DNA from: Aplysia californica
Taxonomy: Eukaryota
Assembly (NCBI RefSeq): GCF_000002075.1
Contig: NW_004797287.1
Span: 384,792 to 448,791, forward strand
Direction: 5' to 3'
Length of the DNA stretch: 64,000 nt
Shown: positions 63,470 through 64,000 of the stretch, piece by piece
Numbering within the stretch: position 1 is the stretch's first letter
Layout of the letters: the number at the start of each line of letters is the position of its first letter
The notes under the pieces: generated by a model
Seen by the model: the letters and a program-made list of their open reading frames with translations, nothing else
Databases searched by the model: none
What the model was told of the DNA's origin: nothing
Program-made: the position numbers and the translations under genes

Positions 63470-63781
63470 AAGAATCCCCCCCACACACACACACACACAC
63501 AGCCAAGAAGTGATACACACTGCAATTCTCTACTGCAGGCCCCGGCCCTATAGGCCCGTCCAGCCAGTGGCCCCCTCCAGAGCCCTCCAGCCACAAGAAG
63601 TCAAGCCGTGACCTGCCCAGTACGATCCGCTTCGAGGAGGGTGAGGAAATGGAGAAAGAGCAAGGGTCTTCTGAAAGTGGTCGGCACCAACACACTGCTA
63701 GAGGAGAGGGGACAGAGAGGCAAAACTCTTCGTCTTCACATCATGGAGGTACTCAGATTTACCGTCAAACTTCTGAGACAG
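3945..63781 (+). CDS. NOV: NO VEIN (NOV)-like protein with N-terminal LOTUS-like repeats and a Sacsin-type GHKL/HATPase_c domain; 46 coding exons, 3' end outside window (not CCN3/NOV)
   Basis: Manually spliced GT-AG exons with compatible phases give an open frame of about 2855 aa. NOV-like motifs: KVNSYVQNFVRSRSTCTLFEL..LKLGPL, LGIRIRSL, PLLTDMAEWSHWKLVFQPQHGPL, IVENIRRDEFG, RSLQRLSKDLYSKDTHFVLELIQNADDNAY, NNEMGFEEKNIRALCDVGKSTK, GYIGQKGIGFKSVF, FNDIQPTLLLFLHRL, PVFAFLPLRSYGFRFIVQGDFDVPSSRE. Family assignment is from recalled motifs, not a search. Confidence 0.9.
4884..5390. mobile_element. P-like MITE
   Basis: TIRs CAAAGAGTCTACATAACAAGAGGGTCCACT / AGTGGACCATCTTGTTATGTACTATCTTTG; degenerate 7-bp flanks GTGTTAC / GTATTAA. 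Confidence 0.65.
6076..6198 (+). CDS. exon 2 (TRTKKSQPTPIVIDSESDDEDD...)
   Basis: ttccag|...tcca|gtaaga; 123 nt, phase 1-1, open. Confidence 0.7.
7135..7562. mobile_element. MITE-like element; related partial copy inverted at about 62600-62870
   Basis: Degenerate terminal inverted repeats (GCGTGGTGATATCAGGCGCT / GAGCACCTAATTCCACCGCG); shared TTTTTGGCTCAACACCTTT and GGCGGCCATTTTCTC blocks. Confidence 0.55.
7592..8564. mobile_element. Tc1/mariner(pogo)-type MITE with TA TSD
   Basis: TA|CAGTAGTCTCCGCCTAAGAT ... ATCTTAGGTGGAAACTACTG|TA; second copy inverted at 11293-12225. Confidence 0.8.
8673..8777 (+). CDS. exon 3 (SKLSQDATPQG...)
   Basis: ccccag|...ttca|gtgagt; 105 nt, phase 1-1. Confidence 0.7.
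10200..10393 (+). CDS. exon 4 (Pro/Gly-rich)
   Basis: tttccag|...cag|gtaaat; GPSGPPMGPPMSAPP; phase 1-0. Confidence 0.75.
10535..11199 (-). mobile_element. L2-clade LINE 3' fragment (continues at about 12954-13040 beyond the MITE)
   Basis: Reverse strand encodes degenerate YCNSLLSG...LQSVQNNAAGLV...LHWLPLQKRI, with VKNLGIYFD in the distal part; (TTA)n tail. Confidence 0.8.
11202..12951. mobile_element. Tc1/mariner-type MITE (CAGTCGAACCTG TIR, TA TSD) containing a nested CAGTAGTCTCC MITE (11293 to about 12225)
   Basis: TA|CAGTCGAACCTG ... CAGGTTCGACTG|TA; shorter relatives at about 6600-6770, 32010-32160, 40079-40259, 45975-46130, 59313-59472. Confidence 0.8.
13366..13563 (+). CDS. exon 5 (Pro-rich, KRTGPPPG)
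   Basis: ttccag|atg...gag|gtaaag; phase 0-0. Confidence 0.75.
13693..14479 (+). mobile_element. Internally deleted hAT transposon with a transposase C-terminal remnant
   Basis: TIR CAGAGCTGCCAACC / GGTTTGCAGCTCTG; ORF 14084-14338 (NSTCERMVSFIRRNKTDFRASL...LKSAKSAT) resembles the hAT dimerisation region. Confidence 0.75.
15756..15911 (+). CDS. exon 6
   Basis: tttcag|PVVVRHVQLPRQ...LLQKFK|gtgagt; phase 0-0. Confidence 0.85.
16284..17013. other. Assembly gap flanked by (CTT/CCT)n repeats
   Basis: N run; other gaps at 32938-33037 and 34237-35028. Confidence 0.99.
17040..17226 (+). mobile_element. About 190-bp retroposon family A (non-LTR 3'-tail type), representative copy
   Basis: GTGGGTGGTTGGCGGGTGCTCTGGTGTGGTTTGCTCC...ATGACCT...GTTGCGAGCGCCGTAAAAC...(ACTAAA)n; other copies at about 8830, 32160, 33165, 33597+35787, 36343, 37648, 45295, 46180, 53385, 53920, 57633, 59099. 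Confidence 0.8.
17462..17691 (+). CDS. exon 7 (NOV N-terminal region)
   Basis: cgcag|VHRFQDL...KLGPLQKMPV|gtgagt; phase 0-2. Confidence 0.88.
18002..18218 (+). CDS. exon 8
   Basis: ttccag|FDMFKFP...LGIRIRSLPLAIQ|gtgagc; phase 2-0. Confidence 0.88.
18827..18949 (+). CDS. exon 9
   Basis: ccccag|TLKKSKR...SVMQ|gtagca; phase 0-0. Confidence 0.85.
19510..19686 (+). CDS. exon 10
   Basis: tgtag|TASDGSQE...QFVQ|gtgggt; phase 0-0. Confidence 0.85.
19942..21458. mobile_element. hAT-like non-autonomous element, 6-bp TSD GGCATC
   Basis: TIR CAGGGATGCCAACC / GGTTGGCATCTCTG; TSD at 19936-19941 and 21459-21464. Confidence 0.8.
21990..22170 (+). CDS. exon 11
   Basis: ctctcag|SVVGLPLPRMVFHL...PPTK|gttgtt; phase 0-1. 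Confidence 0.8.
22205..22521. mobile_element. hAT-like MITE, 6-bp TSD ACTTTA
   Basis: TIR CAGGGTTTCTGC / GCAGTAACCCTG; internal CTCCTTGAA subrepeats. Confidence 0.8.
23188..23372 (+). CDS. exon 12 (FHEMGYGSFLDFI)
   Basis: ttccag|...aaagct|gtaagt; phase 1-0. Confidence 0.88.
23892..24020 (+). CDS. exon 13
   Basis: ctcag|LLDECGG...GSVQ|gtgagg; phase 0-0. Confidence 0.82.
24942..25108 (+). CDS. exon 14
   Basis: cacag|NQQVERALCEQYHVTDVRHLGHG...|gtaaaa; phase 0-2. Confidence 0.82.
26192..26394 (+). CDS. exon 15 (PLLTDMAEWSHW)
   Basis: cccag|...gaag|gtgaga; phase 2-1. Confidence 0.88.
28279..28539 (+). CDS. exon 16
   Basis: tccag|...MALEVEPGKLLKL...|gtaagt; phase 1-1. Confidence 0.88.
29165..29400 (-). 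mobile_element. L2 LINE 3' end (same family as 10535; + strand copy at about 57210-57470)
   Basis: Shared TATAGCGCTCAACCC...CAGGCTCTGAG...CATTCCAGATCTTGGGGCCTTGA blocks. Confidence 0.75.
29638..29747 (+). CDS. exon 17
   Basis: tttcag|GPPAEDSP...AIGNQ|gtttga; phase 1-0. Confidence 0.82.
29763..29840. repeat. (TG)n microsatellite
   Basis: Direct reading. Confidence 0.95.
29885..30095 (+). mobile_element. tRNA-derived SINE family C, representative copy
   Basis: tRNA-like head (TGGTGTAGTGG...TCGATTCC) and tail AATGATCTAAATTGTGTC..TGGG; related copies at about 40700, 47110, 54255, 60285, 63085, 32770. Confidence 0.7.
30293..30529 (+). CDS. exon 18
   Basis: ctgtag|VLLEPLSQ...LGLPEW...LDE|gtttga; phase 0-0. 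Confidence 0.85.
30555..30725 (-). mobile_element. RTE-clade LINE 3' fragment
   Basis: Reverse strand TWRRVTEMD..GKTWSDIKRLAQKRERWK; (TGA)n tail. Confidence 0.65.
31672..31933 (+). CDS. exon 19 (Asp/Glu-rich tract)
   Basis: ctcag|DDDNDDDDEEEEES...|gtaatt; phase 0-1. Confidence 0.85.
32436..32698 (+). CDS. exon 20 (IVENIRRDEFG)
   Basis: ctcag|...ctgaag|gtatag; phase 1-0. Confidence 0.9.
33376..33529 (+). CDS. exon 21 (GHKL motif I, ELIQNADDN)
   Basis: tgcag|KQQERQGRSL...|gtaccg; phase 0-1. Confidence 0.93.
33705..35786. mobile_element. P-like non-autonomous element, 7-bp TSD GTCATAC, inserted into a family A copy
   Basis: TIR CAGAG..TTTACAGTAAT..AGAGGTGACACT / AGTGTCATCTCT..ATTACTGTAAACTCTG; TSD at 33698-33704 and 35787-35793. 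Confidence 0.75.
36526..36630 (+). CDS. exon 22 (GHKL motif II, NNEMGF)
   Basis: ttgcag|...GYI G|gtgagt; phase 1-1. Confidence 0.93.
36883..38282. mobile_element. hAT-like non-autonomous element, 6-bp TSD ATTATT
   Basis: TIR CAGGGTCCCCA / TGGGGACCTTG; interior homologous to 20260-21290. Confidence 0.75.
38435..38580. repeat. About 26-bp degenerate tandem repeat
   Basis: TTACTATGTCTTCCATCAAGTTCTTT-like units. Confidence 0.7.
38773..38923 (+). CDS. exon 23 (GHKL motif III, GQKGIGFKSVF)
   Basis: ctgcag|...gaaaa|gtaggt; phase 1-2. Confidence 0.93.
39877..40015 (+). CDS. exon 24 (WQTHIILP...LLLFLHRL)
   Basis: atatag|...gag|gtactg; phase 2-0. Confidence 0.9.
40961..41092 (+). CDS. exon 25
   Basis: ttcag|VEGSELHM...ISLQ|gtgctg; phase 0-0. 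Confidence 0.85.
41407..41490 (+). CDS. exon 26 (STEIALAFP)
   Basis: ttcaag|...cag|gtaact; phase 0-0. Confidence 0.85.
41555..42569. mobile_element. hAT-like MITE with TAGG termini and a near-perfect 7-bp TSD
   Basis: TAGGTACCGCAAACTG / CAGTTTGTGGTACCTA; flanks CTATCAT / CTACCAT. Confidence 0.75.
42590..42975 (+). mobile_element. RTE-clade LINE 3' fragment (short copy at about 35850-35928)
   Basis: Degenerate EM.FLRRLMRIS..EKKSNEVVL...LIKTIKKRQ...LEHLAVTG; (TGA)n tail. Confidence 0.7.
43978..44050 (+). CDS. exon 27 (PVFAFLPLRSYGFRFIVQ)
   Basis: cctcag|...caag|gtaaga; phase 0-1. Confidence 0.9.
44165..44495 (+). mobile_element. tRNA-derived SINE family B with an L2-like (ATT)n tail
   Basis: tRNA-like head, AGCGAAAGATCTTGTC core, TGTAAAG.GC.GAG...ATTATT tail; pieces at about 22545, 24750, 49345, 58470, and on the minus strand at 53215-53372. 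Confidence 0.65.
44756..44868 (+). CDS. exon 28 (DFDVPSSRE...WNQWL)
   Basis: tgtag|...aag|gtgggt; phase 1-0. Confidence 0.9.
45507..45666 (+). CDS. exon 29
   Basis: ggcag|LRQDLSP...FIPLEGEVMGFF...|gtatgg; phase 0-1. Confidence 0.88.
46304..46700 (+). mobile_element. Long form of family A (probable partner LINE 3' UTR) nested in a short copy; minus-strand copy at about 56110-56515
   Basis: Shared AGCAGACTTTG.GCTGTTGAAGCTAGAGAGGT block and the same tail; flanks TAATCTTCGGC / TAATTTTCGGC resemble a TSD. Confidence 0.65.
46781..47020 (+). CDS. exon 30
   Basis: cctcag|...WKKPSQ...|gtgagc; phase 1-1. Confidence 0.88.
47566..47680. repeat. About 32-bp tandem repeat, roughly 3.5 units
   Basis: TTCTGATTGGTTGTTGGCTATAATATGATACG units. 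Confidence 0.85.
47817..47916 (+). CDS. exon 31
   Basis: tgcag|RVMDISKWLACIY...|gttagt; phase 1-2. Confidence 0.85.
49637..49761 (+). CDS. exon 32
   Basis: actag|IIPLSAGNLVSL...|gtttgt; phase 2-1. Confidence 0.82.
50190..50371 (+). CDS. exon 33
   Basis: cttag|PLLELKKDL...DGWK|gtagag; phase 1-0. Confidence 0.87.
51073..51274 (+). CDS. exon 34
   Basis: ctcag|EKSRDVLISYL...TNHG...VHFS|gtaagt; phase 0-1. Confidence 0.87.
51461..51612 (+). CDS. exon 35
   Basis: ctatag|IDWTLVDSAYL...WHDFLSQLGV|gtgagt; phase 1-0. Confidence 0.88.
52884..53129 (+). CDS. exon 36
   Basis: accag|DESVWAPY...ETID|gtgagt; phase 0-0. Confidence 0.88.
53497..53724 (+). CDS. exon 37
   Basis: ccccag|TSFSILLRSLAWLPA...FLK|gtttgg; phase 0-0. 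Confidence 0.85.
54583..54702 (+). CDS. exon 38
   Basis: gccag|VKSNVSV...HISE|gtgagc; phase 0-0. Confidence 0.85.
55138..55368 (+). CDS. exon 39
   Basis: ctctag|LYRYLND...WWADPT...TRI|gtgagt; phase 0-0. Confidence 0.87.
55747..55951 (+). CDS. exon 40
   Basis: tgtag|IGHLYQEH...|gtaagt; phase 0-1. Confidence 0.87.
57846..58091 (+). CDS. exon 41
   Basis: accag|...LFPTKLDQWVAL...|gtaagc; phase 1-1. Confidence 0.87.
58828..59075 (+). CDS. exon 42
   Basis: tttcag|KHQINAES...VQRFLY...FTQ|gtgaat; phase 1-0. Confidence 0.87.
59978..60168 (+). CDS. exon 43
   Basis: cacag|VWKLEVRYEL...|gtatga; phase 0-2. Confidence 0.87.
60790..60986 (+). CDS. exon 44
   Basis: ttccag|SFLSQVV...EEVWEVPLP...|gtgggg; phase 2-1. 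Confidence 0.83.
62094..62240 (+). CDS. exon 45 (KSWPPR; alternative in-frame acceptor at 62117)
   Basis: ttttatctag|...gacag|gtacgt; phase 1-1. Confidence 0.75.
63539..63781 (+). CDS. exon 46 (SQWPPPEP...), gene continues past window
   Basis: ctgcag|...gacag|gtaagt; phase 1-1, open. Confidence 0.78.
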
Positions 63782-64000
63782 GTAAGTGTTATGCCTGATG
63801 GATTCTTTCTATCATTTTAAAAAGAAATAAAAATTGTTTTTGTGGATGTTATCAATAATAAATCTATAATTTTTTTCGGAATTTGACCTTTTTAATAGTG
63901 AAATGTATCTTACAGTGAGGTCGTACAAAGGCATAAGAACCAAATCTATCATACTGTAAATGAATACTGATGAGTCTTTTGAAATGACATTCTTTGACAA

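Noticed and set aside
63966-64000. CTGATGA-GTC...GAC, hammerhead-like core (also CTGATGAG at about 62905)
   Set aside because: The required GAAA after stem II is absent, and the window ends

Overview
Eukaryotic genomic DNA from an invertebrate animal (probably a mollusc, judged only from repeat style; not provable here), with three N gaps. Nearly the whole window is one large + strand, multi-exon gene. I can trace 46 GT-AG coding exons with compatible phases from an ATG at 3945 to 63781 (8,566 nt, about 2,855 codons); the gene runs off the right edge with no stop. The product is a NO VEIN (NOV)-like protein. From the N-terminus it has two LOTUS/OST-HTH-like repeats, a SIM-like acidic motif, a Pro-rich linker, the NOV N-terminal helical region, a very acidic tract, and a Sacsin/NOV-type GHKL (HATPase_c) ATPase (ELIQNADDN...NNEMGF...IGQKGIGFKSVF), followed by a long C-terminal region. 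The first 500 bp carry a cluster of immune-type cis motifs: a perfect ISRE, a triple GAAA/(AAGTGA)n IRF array, two GAS-like palindromes and an AP-1 site, around a putative non-coding first exon. The introns are full of mobile DNA: a MULE-like element (9-bp TSD), hAT-like elements (6- and 7-bp TSDs), P-like elements, nested Tc1/mariner-type MITEs, L2 and RTE LINE fragments, and three SINE-like families with a strong sense-strand bias. The best candidate for an undescribed system is an IRF/STAT-inducible LOTUS-NOV GHKL ATPase acting as an animal antiviral or RNA-surveillance effector. This is an inference that needs testing.
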